Source: Oscillospiraceae bacterium
Lineage (GTDB): Bacteria > Bacillota > Clostridia > Oscillospirales > Oscillospiraceae
Assembly (NCBI GenBank): GCA_902795195.1
Contig: CADBKF010000008.1
Coordinates: 17,677 to 81,676 of the forward strand
Length of the DNA: 64,000 nucleotides
Direction of reading: 5' to 3'
The position numbers were made by a program, and so were the translations under genes. Shown piece after piece: positions 19,162 through 27,988 of the stretch (its first letter is position 1; each line of letters starts with the position of its first letter). The notes beneath the pieces are model-generated. The model saw only the letters and a program-made list of their open reading frames with translations, had not been told where the DNA came from and ran no database searches.

Positions 19162-20465
19162 CGATCCGAGACTTGCTGGTTTCCCGGAATGTGCCGGTGA
19201 TGACGCTTCTGCTGCTGCTCTTGAGCGCGCACATGCTGCTGATCCTCTTATCCCAGCACTACAAACGGGGCCGGGTCCGCGTGTGCCTGTATGTGCTCCA
19301 TGGGCTGTTCAGCTTTCTGGGCGCCTATCTTCCGCTGATGAATCTGCTTTGGTCCATTGAATTTACTGTGAAAAGGACAGGGCCAACGGCGGCCATCGCG
19401 GCCTTCGGCGCGCTTCCTGCCGCGATCGTTCTGGTCTATGAGGCCGCGACGCTCCTGATCCTTACAGCCTGCTTTGTGGAACTGCAGCACGACCGCCGGA
19501 CGCATCCGTCCTCAGACAGCATCCAGCAGGCCATGGACCTGCTGCCCACCGGCATTGCCATTGGCAGAGCCGACGGGACGGTGGCGTACTGCAACCAGAG
19601 CATGCACAGCCTGGCCCGGCAGTGCACCGGCCGGGGGCTGCATGATCTGTCCCTCCTGCAGGATGCCTGCGGCGAGGCCGGTGAGGCCCGGCTCAGCGTG
19701 CCGGACGGCTCCGCCGTCTGGCAGCTGACCAAGCAGCGCCTGCGCCTGGATGAGGAAGACTATCTCCAGTTCACGGCCGAGGAGATCACCGAGCAGGCCC
19801 GCATTTTGCAGGATCTGGAGCGCAAGCACGAGCGGCTGTTGAAGCTGCGCCGTCGGCTGGAGCTATACAACCGGCAGGCCGACCGGCTGATCATCGCCCA
19901 GGAGCTGCTCAGCGCCCGGATGGAGGTCCACAGCGCGGTGGGCAACGTGCTGCTCGAGGGCCAGCGCTATCTGCGCGGCACGGCCTCCATTGACGAGCAG
20001 CGGCTGCTGCAGTCGCTCCGATACACCAACGCCGTGCTCCTGCGGGAATATGAGCAGGACGACTCCGACCGCGACGCGCTGGCCGAGGCGCTGGAGGCCG
20101 CGGAGATTTTGGGTGTGGACGTGTCGGTCACCGGCCGCTTCCCGGATTCCGAGCCCTTCCGGGGCATTCTCGCGGCGGCCATCCGGGAATGCGCCGCCAA
20201 CACCGTCAAGCACGCCGACGGCGACCGCCTGCGCGTGGACATCCTCGACGATCCCGGCGGCGGCAGGCGCTATCTGCTGCGCTCGAACGGCACCGCGCCG
20301 GCAGGACCCATCCGGGAATCCGGCGGCCTGCTGGCCCTGCGAAGCCTGGTCGGGCGCTGGGGCGGAACGATGACCGCCCAGGCAGGCCAGGGACCGGATT
20401 GTGCCTTCTGCCTGCAGCTTGCGATTCCCGGCGATCCGGATGAAATTGGGCCGGTTGGCCCATGA
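19158..20465 (+). CDS. sensor histidine kinase (TM - PAS-like - HisKA_3-like - HATPase)
   Basis: ATG 19158 overlaps the preceding stop (ATGA), with AGGAGG at 19143..19148. PAS-like IQQAMDLLPTGIAIGRADGTVAYCNQSMHSL, H-box-like LSARMEVHSAVGNVLL, N-box IRECAANTVKHADG, G-box-like ESGGLLALRSLVGRWGGTM. Confidence 0.8.
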   Translation: MTIRDLLVSRNVPVMTLLLLLLSAHMLLILLSQHYKRGRVRVCLYVLHGLFSFLGAYLPLMNLLWSIEFTVKRTGPTAAIAAFGALPAAIVLVYEAATLLILTACFVELQHDRRTHPSSDSIQQAMDLLPTGIAIGRADGTVAYCNQSMHSLARQCTGRGLHDLSLLQDACGEAGEARLSVPDGSAVWQLTKQRLRLDEEDYLQFTAEEITEQARILQDLERKHERLLKLRRRLELYNRQADRLIIAQELLSARMEVHSAVGNVLLEGQRYLRGTASIDEQRLLQSLRYTNAVLLREYEQDDSDRDALAEALEAAEILGVDVSVTGRFPDSEPFRGILAAAIRECAANTVKHADGDRLRVDILDDPGGGRRYLLRSNGTAPAGPIRESGGLLALRSLVGRWGGTMTAQAGQGPDCAFCLQLAIPGDPDEIGPVGP

Positions 20466-20490
20466 CAAGCCCTGCCGATTCCGATATAAT
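20462..20490 (+). promoter_or_regulatory. candidate internal promoter at the end of the kinase gene
   Basis: ATGACA (20462..20467), 17 nt, TATAAT (20485..20490). Confidence 0.45.
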
Positions 20491-20551
20491 GGAATGGGAC
20501 AGGCGATGGTTTTTGCTCAATGGCCCGAATCAAACAGGGCAAACAGCGAGA

Positions 20552-20593
20552 AAAGGGCATCTGTCCGACATACGGGCGGATGCCCTCTTTTTC
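20552..20593 (+). terminator. terminator-like hairpin between kinase and regulator genes
   Basis: AGGGCATC (20554..20561) pairs with GATGCCCT (20579..20586), followed by CTTTTTC. Confidence 0.5.
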
Positions 20594-20623
20594 TACCAGA
20601 TTTCAGAGAGGACGGCGTTTGCT

Positions 20624-21265
20624 TTGGATGAGAAATACAAGGTCCTGATCGTGGACGACCAGTATGTGGCGCGCGGCTTTTTTGAGCTGCAGGTGGACAT
20701 GCTGCGGCGCTATGCGCTGGCGGCCTCCCTGTCCAGCGCCGAGCAGGCCGTGAGCTGGTGCATGGAGCACCCGGTCGATCTGGTGATTATGGATGTGGTC
20801 ATGAAATACGGCCTGAGCGGCCTGACCTGCGCCAAGACCATCAAGAACAACCACCCGCGGATCAAGGTCATTCTGACCACCTCTACCGCCGAAGCCCGAT
20901 GGATCGAGAAGGCGAAGCAGGCCGGCATCGAGGGCTTCTGGTTCAAGGAGTATTCCGGGCTCCCCCTCTCGGAGGTCATGGATCGGGTCATGGCGGGCGG
21001 CACCGTCTATCCCGAGGCGTTACCCAATCCGGAGTTCGGCGACGTGCGCAAGCTCGATCTGTCCCAGCGGGAGCTGGAGGTGCTCGGCGAGCTGACCCGG
21101 AACCTCACCAACGAGGAGATTGCGGCAAACATCGGTCTGTCCCCGAAGACCGTGAAGCGCCACATTGAAAACCTGCTGGCGAAAACCGGCTACAAAAACC
21201 GCATCGACCTGGCCGTCAACGCAAGACTCCTGGGCCTGGTGGTGCATGAGGACGAAGAGGCATAA
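20624..21265 (+). CDS. LuxR/NarL-family response regulator
   Basis: KVLIVDDQ...VIMDVVM receiver and a C-terminal LSQRELEVLGELTRNLTNEEIAANIGLSPKTVKRHIENLLAKTG HTH. Start set at in-frame TTG 20624. The 54 upstream codons of the tracked ORF (from ATG 20462) use many rare A/T-ending codons and contain the hairpin, so they are probably leader. The alternative start 20462 is not excluded. Confidence 0.8.
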   Translation: MDEKYKVLIVDDQYVARGFFELQVDMLRRYALAASLSSAEQAVSWCMEHPVDLVIMDVVMKYGLSGLTCAKTIKNNHPRIKVILTTSTAEARWIEKAKQAGIEGFWFKEYSGLPLSEVMDRVMAGGTVYPEALPNPEFGDVRKLDLSQRELEVLGELTRNLTNEEIAANIGLSPKTVKRHIENLLAKTGYKNRIDLAVNARLLGLVVHEDEEA

Positions 21266-21315
21266 CATCCACAGCGCAACACTGAAAACAGACCAAAAAG
21301 AAGGAGGAACAAACC

Positions 21316-23634
21316 ATGAAACGTACGCTATCCATTTTCCTGTGTCTTGTGATGCTGCTGGGCATTCTGCCGCTGACGGCGTTTGCCGCTACGACCATCA
21401 CAGTCATCTCCCCGTACATTCCCGACAAGTATCTTCCCTACATCGGCAGGAATGCAAGCGCTGCCGTGAGCAGCAGCTATAATTCCAATTACATCAGCAT
21501 TTATGACTCGGAATGCTATGCTTCTGCTGCTGTATGGAAGGACAATGCATTCAACAACTTCACCGGCCAGTTCGAGGAAGACCCCGCCTACTGTCTGGTG
21601 CTGACGCTGAAGGCAAACTCCGGCTATGTCTTCGGTGACAAGTCCGTCACCTCCATGGACTATGACGACTGCAGAGGCTACGAATATGTGAAACGGAGCA
21701 ACACCGAGGCCGAGCTCCGCATCTGGTTTGACTCCATTCGGGTCTATACCAACCTTGCAAACTATTTCGGCTCGGAATATTCCGGCTTTATCCCGAAGGT
21801 GGAGGCCCCGTCGATCCCCACGACGGACATGACGAAGGACCAGTATCTGGCCCAGGTCAAGCTCAGCGCGGAGGACAGCAAGTATCTGACCCTGACGGAC
21901 CTCGATCTGGACGGCATTTTCAGCGACAGCAACAAGTTCCAGTCCGGAGAGACATATATGGTCTCCTTCAGCCTGGAGGTCAAGGAGGCAATGAAGACGC
22001 AGGCCAGGTTTGACCCGGAGCTGAGCGTCGTGGCCGTGGAATACGGCAATGTGTTCCAGGAGGTGGGCTACTACCCCTTTACCGATTCTGCCTACTTTGC
22101 CTTTAACCTCAACGACGTCGTTGATCGGGTCACGAAGGTGAGCATCAGCGGCCTTGAACGGCCGGTGGTCGGGTCGGCGCCGCAGACCACGGGCTTTACG
22201 ATCGACAACGACAATCTCGAGCTGCGCTTTGACAGCTGGCGGGAGCAGGGCGGCGGCAGCGTCTCCGTCTTCCAGGAGGGCAAGACCTATCTCCTGCGGC
22301 TGCTTCTGAGCGCGAAGGATGTGAACACCGAAATTGCGATCCCCGGTCCCAGCGGCGTCTGGACCAACGCCGGTTCTGTGATTGCGGCCGGCTTCCCCGA
22401 GGTCGGTAACTTCTATGTGGACATTCAGTTCAAGGTCGGCGCCGACATGGGCACGTACACCTTTGATCTCAGCGCCGGTCCGGCGGAATATGTACCGAAC
22501 AGCGATGTATCATATGGCTGGTTTATCGTGCTGCTCGGAGGCTACGTCGATTACAAAGACAGCAAGGTCGACCTGGACAAGGACGGCATTTACGACCTTG
22601 AGCTGTTTAAGGAAGACGATACCCAGTACCTCCGGGTCCTGGACGGCACCAAGCTCTCCGGCACATACGTGATCGACTTCTCGGACAACCAGGCGGTGCA
22701 AAACCTTCTGTCCAGCGGCGGGAATGTCTACACCTCCTTCACCTTTATCTTCCCCGGAGAACCGACGCCCGGCAAGGATCTGGGCAACTATGTCTTTGAT
22801 TTCAGCAAGGGCGATCTGCTGTTTGACGTTACGCAGCTCTGCTGGAGAGAATTGAGAGACCTGGTCAATGGCGGATTCATTCCCTACAGCTCAAGTAATA
22901 TCGACCTCGACGGTGACGGTCGCTTCGACCTCCAGCAGTACAAGTCCCATTCCAACTGGTATCTCAAGCCCCATCCCGACACCAACATCAAAGACAATTA
23001 CACCTTTATCCTGCTGCAGGCGGCCAAGGACCTGTACAAGGACGGCGAGCCCTACTATTCCTCGCTCACCTTCAAGTTCACCAGTGCGCCGATCAACCCC
23101 TTCGTGGACGTCAAGGAAGGCGCCTACTACTATGACGCGGTGCTCTGGGCGGTGAATCACGACCCGCAGATCACCAACGGCGTCGACCCCACCCACTTCG
23201 GCCCCGGCCAGAACTGCACCCGCGGCCAGGTCGTGACCTTCCTCTGGCGCGCGCTCGGCAGCCCGGAGCCCGTCAGCAGCTCCACGCCCTTCACCGACGT
23301 TTCGGCCACGGCCTACTACTACAAGGCCGTCCTCTGGGCCGTGGAGAAAGAGATCACCAACGGTCTCTCGACCACGAGCTTCGGCCCCGGCAGGAGCTGC
23401 ACACGCGGCCAGGTCGTGACCTTCCTCTGGCGCACTGCAGGCAAGCCGGCGGTCACCGGCAGCAACCCCTTCACCGATGTGAAGTCCACCGATTACTACT
23501 ATGAGGCCGTCCTCTGGGCCGTGAAAAACAACGTGACCAACGGCATGAGTGCCACCACGTTCGCCCCCGCTCAGACCTGCACCCGCGGCCAGATCGTCAC
23601 CTTCCTCTACCGCGCCTTCGGCCCCAAGGGCTGA
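21316..23634 (+). CDS. secreted cell-surface protein with three C-terminal SLH domains
   Basis: Signal peptide MKRTLSIFLCLVMLLGILPLTAFA, GGAGGA RBS, and 3 x SLH (FVDVKEGAYYYDAVLWAV...TRGQVVTFLWRA). The N-terminal ~590 aa have no family I recognise. Confidence 0.85.
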   Translation: MKRTLSIFLCLVMLLGILPLTAFAATTITVISPYIPDKYLPYIGRNASAAVSSSYNSNYISIYDSECYASAAVWKDNAFNNFTGQFEEDPAYCLVLTLKANSGYVFGDKSVTSMDYDDCRGYEYVKRSNTEAELRIWFDSIRVYTNLANYFGSEYSGFIPKVEAPSIPTTDMTKDQYLAQVKLSAEDSKYLTLTDLDLDGIFSDSNKFQSGETYMVSFSLEVKEAMKTQARFDPELSVVAVEYGNVFQEVGYYPFTDSAYFAFNLNDVVDRVTKVSISGLERPVVGSAPQTTGFTIDNDNLELRFDSWREQGGGSVSVFQEGKTYLLRLLLSAKDVNTEIAIPGPSGVWTNAGSVIAAGFPEVGNFYVDIQFKVGADMGTYTFDLSAGPAEYVPNSDVSYGWFIVLLGGYVDYKDSKVDLDKDGIYDLELFKEDDTQYLRVLDGTKLSGTYVIDFSDNQAVQNLLSSGGNVYTSFTFIFPGEPTPGKDLGNYVFDFSKGDLLFDVTQLCWRELRDLVNGGFIPYSSSNIDLDGDGRFDLQQYKSHSNWYLKPHPDTNIKDNYTFILLQAAKDLYKDGEPYYSSLTFKFTSAPINPFVDVKEGAYYYDAVLWAVNHDPQITNGVDPTHFGPGQNCTRGQVVTFLWRALGSPEPVSSSTPFTDVSATAYYYKAVLWAVEKEITNGLSTTSFGPGRSCTRGQVVTFLWRTAGKPAVTGSNPFTDVKSTDYYYEAVLWAVKNNVTNGMSATTFAPAQTCTRGQIVTFLYRAFGPKG

Positions 23635-23680
23635 GTCTGACAAAACATAAGGCAGGAGCCCCGGCTCCTGCCTTATCTTG
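23095..23680 (+). repeat. direct repeat copy A (3xSLH coding region plus terminator)
   Basis: Collinear with 27398..27983 at a constant offset of 4303 nt. About nine of ten positions are identical in the stretches I compared by eye. Confidence 0.85.
23649..23680 (+). terminator. rho-independent terminator
   Basis: AAGGCAGGAGC-CCCG-GCTCCTGCCTT followed by a T-rich tail. Confidence 0.7.
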
Positions 23681-23704
23681 ATTTCCATGAAAGGATGGAT
23701 ACAT

Positions 23705-26700
23705 ATGAAACGATGGCTGTCACTTCTTCTCTGCCTGGTGCTGCTGATGTCACTGATGCCGCAGATGGCGCTCTTTGGTGCGGCCGAGGGCGGGCTTCCG
23801 GACCTTCCCAATCTGAAGATCAGCTCCGGCGGGCTGGTCACCTGGGATGAATACCCCGGCGCGGTTTACTACTATGTCTACGCCGACGTATATTGGGACA
23901 TGATCCGCATCGAAGCAGATCAGCCCCGCCGGGTGAACCTGGCCCAGCTTCTGACCGACGGCTACGCCCCCAACGGCACCTATACGCTGCAAATCTCCGC
24001 CGAGGACGCCGAGCACTTCGACATTGCCCTGTCCAGCGTCACCTACACATACACCAACGGCCTTGCGCCGCTGCCCGCCCCGGCAAATCTGCGCTGGGAG
24101 GGCTGTGAGGCGGTGTGGGATGCGGTGGAGGGCGCGTCAAACGGCTACGTCGTGACCCTGCGCAGCGCCTCCGGCGACTACACGATCGGCACCTGGAATG
24201 TCGACGAGCCCCGCTTCGACTTTTCCGATTACATTGTGTATCAGGAGACGCAATACGAGTTCCGCGTCTGTGCCAGGGGCTGCCCCAACGGCGCAAGGAG
24301 CGCCGAGGTCACCTCGCCCTCGCGGCCTGGCCGCTTCACGATGGTCGAATTCCTGCTGGATCTGAGCGGCGACTACATGTACACAGATCCCGACCCTGTG
24401 AAGGACTCCGAGGGCAACCCGATCGACCGCTACTACCTCTATCAGGCGGACGTCAACCCCGCCCAGCTGCCGCGCAGCCGCTACGCCACCGCGAGGCTCA
24501 ATCTGCGCGATCTTCTGTATCACATCAATGCGCCTGCGGGCGAATACCACTACTGGATGGGGGGCGAAAACGCCGAGGGCATGACGGTCACCAAGGAGAG
24601 CAACACCGTCAGCTATGACTACAGCCCCTATCCCGAGGCGCCCATCCAGTTCACCGGTTGGAGCTGTCCCGAGGACTGGCTGGAGGAAGTCCGCATGGAC
24701 GACATGACGGTCTACTCCTATGAGACCTTCCAGGTCCGCCAGGGCGTCAACACCTACTTCACCGTCGTCCCCGATGCGCGGCACACCATCACCGGTCTGC
24801 GGCTGAAATACGGCGGCGAGATCCACGACGATCCCGCCCGCGTCGGCAAGATGAGCACGCTCGAGGACGGCACCACCGGCTTCTGGGTGCTGCCGCCGGA
24901 CGAGGACTTCTCCATCGTCATCGATCAGGAGCGCATCTATCAGCCCCTGACCTCGGCCACGCTGCACTACGACACCACGGCCGGGCAGCCGGTCTATCAC
25001 GGCATCAGCTCCGACGAGGGCTGCTATACCTACCTCTTCAATGTGCTCGACGAAGAGGGCTTCACCTATGAGTGGCTGCTGCCCGGCAAGACCTACACCC
25101 TGGCCTTCGAGCTGAATGCGCCGAGCTACTACCGCTTCACCGAGGACGCGACCATCACCGTCAACGGCACGCCCGCCACAGTGATCAAATGGGCGGACAA
25201 CGGCGACCGGCTCTACGTCAATTACACGTTCACCGTGCCCCAGGCCGGCAGCGTCACCCTGACAGACAGCAGCAGCTATCCCAGGCTGAATCTGACCATC
25301 GACAGCAATGGCTACGCCACATGGGACAGCTTTGCCGGCGCCGCAAAGTATTATATCAGCTCCAGCGCAGGCGACGGCGAGCACCACACCGAGATCGGCT
25401 ATGACGTCAAGGCCAAGCTCGACGAGTGGAACGCCCCCACCGGCTGGTACACGCTGACCGTCGAGGCCGAGGACGCCGAGAACAGCACGCTCGCCTACGA
25501 CTACGCGGCCTACTACCACCAGGGCCTCGACCGGCTTCCCGCGCCGACGAACCTCCGCTGGGACGGCACCGTGGCCCGCTGGGACCCCGTGGAGGGCGCA
25601 AATCAGTATTATGTGGCGCTCTATGAGATGGACCGCTGCAGCCAGGTCAGCTACAAATGGGTCAGCGAGCCGGAATATGACTTTGCAGGCAGCCTCGTGA
25701 ATCAGGACACGCCCTATGCCTTCCACGTCTTCGCGTCCGGGGATACGGAGACTGCAGCGACAAGCGTCCTCTCCCCCTTCTCCCCGATCCGATACGGCCG
25801 CTTCGCCTACGGGCCGATCACGCTGACGCTCAGCGGCGATCTGGCGAGCTGGGACGCCTACACCGACACTGAGGGCCAGCTTGCGGCGTACTACTATGTG
25901 TCGATCTCGAGTTCGGAAAACTATTATGACTCCTACTTCCACACCACCGCGCTCAACCTGCGGCAGATTCTTGAGATGCTGGACGCACCCGACGGCGACT
26001 ATGAGGTCTGGGTCCATGCCTATAACGCCGAGTGGATCACCGTGTCCAAGGAAAGCAACACCGAGATCTACCACTACGCCGCTGACACCGGCCGCAGCAC
26101 CGTGCAGCTGACCGGCTGGCACTACGGCGGCGAGGCCACCAGCCACAGCGGCCTGGACGACGTCTTTATCAACAACCTGGACTACCGGGGCGGCAGAATC
26201 ACGCTCAACGTCGGCGAGACCGCCCGAGTGGAGCTGAAGCCCTATGAGCGCTACCGGATCACAAACGCCTGGCTGCGCTGCGGTGACGAGGACCGCGAGT
26301 TCCCGCTCACGCAAAAGCCTGACGGCAGCGCAACGGGCAGCTTCACGGTGCCGGACACGGACTTTGAGCTGATCCTCCGCAGCGAGTACATACTGCAGGA
26401 AATCCCTGCCATCGAGGTCAGCTTCGACGAGACGCCCGGCACATTGCTGGCGCAGACGGCCCTGGATCTGCCCGAGGGCACCAACTACACCGCCAGCATC
26501 TCCGGCATCAGCGGCCCCCACGGCGGCGGCAACACCCACCTGCGCCCCGGCGGGAGTTACATCGTGAGCCTCAGCTTCTATGCAAACTCCGACTACAAGT
26601 TCACAAGCGGCACGACCGTCACGGTCAACGGCCACAGCGTCAGCCTGGAGGATCTGAGTGAGGACGGCCGCTACTGCTACGCCACATACAGCTTCCAGGT

Positions 26701-27937
26701 CTCCTCCGAAATTAGCAGGATCACCGTGCGCGGCGTCAAGGCCCCAGCCGTCGACGAGCTGCCCGAGCTGAACCTGACGGCCGATGGAGGCGACCCCTAC
26801 CGCATCGACTGGGACAACACCAGATGGTACCGCGTGGAGAGCGAAGGCTCCTGGATACGGATGCAGGACGGCGAGGCCTTTGTCCCGGACACTGCCTACG
26901 TGCTGCAGGTAGCCTACGATCCCGCGGAGGACTGCACCTGGGCCGAGACCGTCGAGGCAGTGACCGACCTGGACGAGAGCGACCTCGGGAAGATCGACTA
27001 CATCTTTGTTGGCGACGGCTCCGGCCTGCCGAACAAGCCGAAGATCGTCGAAATCCATTTCAAGCCCTTCACCGCGGGCACGCTGATCGAGCGCGTGGAC
27101 ATCTACTGCACAAAGCCCGTGGGCGGCGCCCACCCGGATCAGCACCCCACCGTCGCAACCGACGCGCCCTACACCGTGACATTCGTCTCCTGGTATCTGT
27201 GCCAAGCGCCCTATCCGCATGTGGAGGCAGACGGCACCTTTACTGCCGGCAGCAGATACGCCCTGCGCGTCGAGATCACGCCGAAGCCCGGCTATCGCTT
27301 CAATGACGCTACGCAGTTCTTCTGCAACGGCGATCCCGCCCATGGCCGATACGGATCCTATGGCAATATGGAGTTCCGCTGGACCGCGGCGGCGGCCAAC
27401 CCCTTCGTGGACGTCAAGGAGGGCGCCTTCTACTATGACGCGGTGCTCTGGGCGGTGAACGCCGATCCGCAGATCACCAAGGGCGTCGACGACACCCACT
27501 TCGGGCCAAACCAGAACTGCACCCGCGGCCAGGTCGTGACCTTCCTCTGGCGCGCGGTCGGCAGCCCGGAGCCCGCCAGCAGCTCCACGCCCTTCACCGA
27601 CGTCTCCGCCACGGCCTTCTACTACAAGCCCGTGCTCTGGGCGGTGGAGAACGAGATCACCAACGGCCTCTCACCCACGAGCTTCGGCCCCGGCAGAAGC
27701 TGTACGCGCGGCCAGGTGGTCACCTTCCTCTGGCGCACCGCGGGCGAGCCGGCAGTCAGCGGCAGCAACCCCTTCACCGACGTGAAGTCCACCGATTATT
27801 ACTATTCCGCCGTGCTCTGGGCTGTGGAGAACAACGTGACCAACGGCCTGAGCGCCACCACCTTCGGGCCCGCCCGGACCTGTACCCGCGGCCAGATCGT
27901 CACCTTCCTCTACCGCGCCTTCGGTCCCAAGAGCTGA
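23705..27937 (+). CDS. giant secreted modular surface protein (Fn3-like modules) with three C-terminal SLH domains
   Basis: MKRWLSLLLCLVLLMSLMPQMALFGAAEG signal peptide (start trimmed to ATG 23705). Repeated LPAPxNLRW(E/D)G...W(D)xVEGA Fn3-like blocks. The C-terminal 3 x SLH is nearly identical to that of the preceding gene. Confidence 0.85.
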   Translation: MKRWLSLLLCLVLLMSLMPQMALFGAAEGGLPDLPNLKISSGGLVTWDEYPGAVYYYVYADVYWDMIRIEADQPRRVNLAQLLTDGYAPNGTYTLQISAEDAEHFDIALSSVTYTYTNGLAPLPAPANLRWEGCEAVWDAVEGASNGYVVTLRSASGDYTIGTWNVDEPRFDFSDYIVYQETQYEFRVCARGCPNGARSAEVTSPSRPGRFTMVEFLLDLSGDYMYTDPDPVKDSEGNPIDRYYLYQADVNPAQLPRSRYATARLNLRDLLYHINAPAGEYHYWMGGENAEGMTVTKESNTVSYDYSPYPEAPIQFTGWSCPEDWLEEVRMDDMTVYSYETFQVRQGVNTYFTVVPDARHTITGLRLKYGGEIHDDPARVGKMSTLEDGTTGFWVLPPDEDFSIVIDQERIYQPLTSATLHYDTTAGQPVYHGISSDEGCYTYLFNVLDEEGFTYEWLLPGKTYTLAFELNAPSYYRFTEDATITVNGTPATVIKWADNGDRLYVNYTFTVPQAGSVTLTDSSSYPRLNLTIDSNGYATWDSFAGAAKYYISSSAGDGEHHTEIGYDVKAKLDEWNAPTGWYTLTVEAEDAENSTLAYDYAAYYHQGLDRLPAPTNLRWDGTVARWDPVEGANQYYVALYEMDRCSQVSYKWVSEPEYDFAGSLVNQDTPYAFHVFASGDTETAATSVLSPFSPIRYGRFAYGPITLTLSGDLASWDAYTDTEGQLAAYYYVSISSSENYYDSYFHTTALNLRQILEMLDAPDGDYEVWVHAYNAEWITVSKESNTEIYHYAADTGRSTVQLTGWHYGGEATSHSGLDDVFINNLDYRGGRITLNVGETARVELKPYERYRITNAWLRCGDEDREFPLTQKPDGSATGSFTVPDTDFELILRSEYILQEIPAIEVSFDETPGTLLAQTALDLPEGTNYTASISGISGPHGGGNTHLRPGGSYIVSLSFYANSDYKFTSGTTVTVNGHSVSLEDLSEDGRYCYATYSFQVSSEISRITVRGVKAPAVDELPELNLTADGGDPYRIDWDNTRWYRVESEGSWIRMQDGEAFVPDTAYVLQVAYDPAEDCTWAETVEAVTDLDESDLGKIDYIFVGDGSGLPNKPKIVEIHFKPFTAGTLIERVDIYCTKPVGGAHPDQHPTVATDAPYTVTFVSWYLCQAPYPHVEADGTFTAGSRYALRVEITPKPGYRFNDATQFFCNGDPAHGRYGSYGNMEFRWTAAAANPFVDVKEGAFYYDAVLWAVNADPQITKGVDDTHFGPNQNCTRGQVVTFLWRAVGSPEPASSSTPFTDVSATAFYYKPVLWAVENEITNGLSPTSFGPGRSCTRGQVVTFLWRTAGEPAVSGSNPFTDVKSTDYYYSAVLWAVENNVTNGLSATTFGPARTCTRGQIVTFLYRAFGPKS

Positions 27938-27983
27938 CCCCCAAAAAACAAAAGGCAGGAGCCCCAGCTCCTGCCTTTCGTTC
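27398..27983 (+). repeat. direct repeat copy B (3xSLH coding region plus terminator)
   Basis: See copy A. Confidence 0.85.
27950..27978. terminator. bidirectional terminator between the SLH gene and the DUF2812 gene
   Basis: AAAAGGCAGGAGC-CCCA-GCTCCTGCCTTTC, with an A-run on one side and a T-run on the other. Confidence 0.7.
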
Positions 27984-27988
27984 TATTC

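Noticed and set aside
24137-27499. 1120-aa minus-strand ORF antisense to the giant SLH protein gene (also 22891..23841 -)
   Set aside because: An impressive length, but it is the mirror frame of a GC3-rich gene with signal peptide, Fn3-like and SLH domains on the plus strand. It shows no start context and no recognisable motif.
23095-27983. Diversity-generating retroelement (template/variable repeat pair) acting on the SLH proteins
   Set aside because: No reverse transcriptase is nearby. The differences between the two repeat copies involve all four bases rather than being adenine-specific. The repeat covers the conserved anchor, not a ligand-binding tip.
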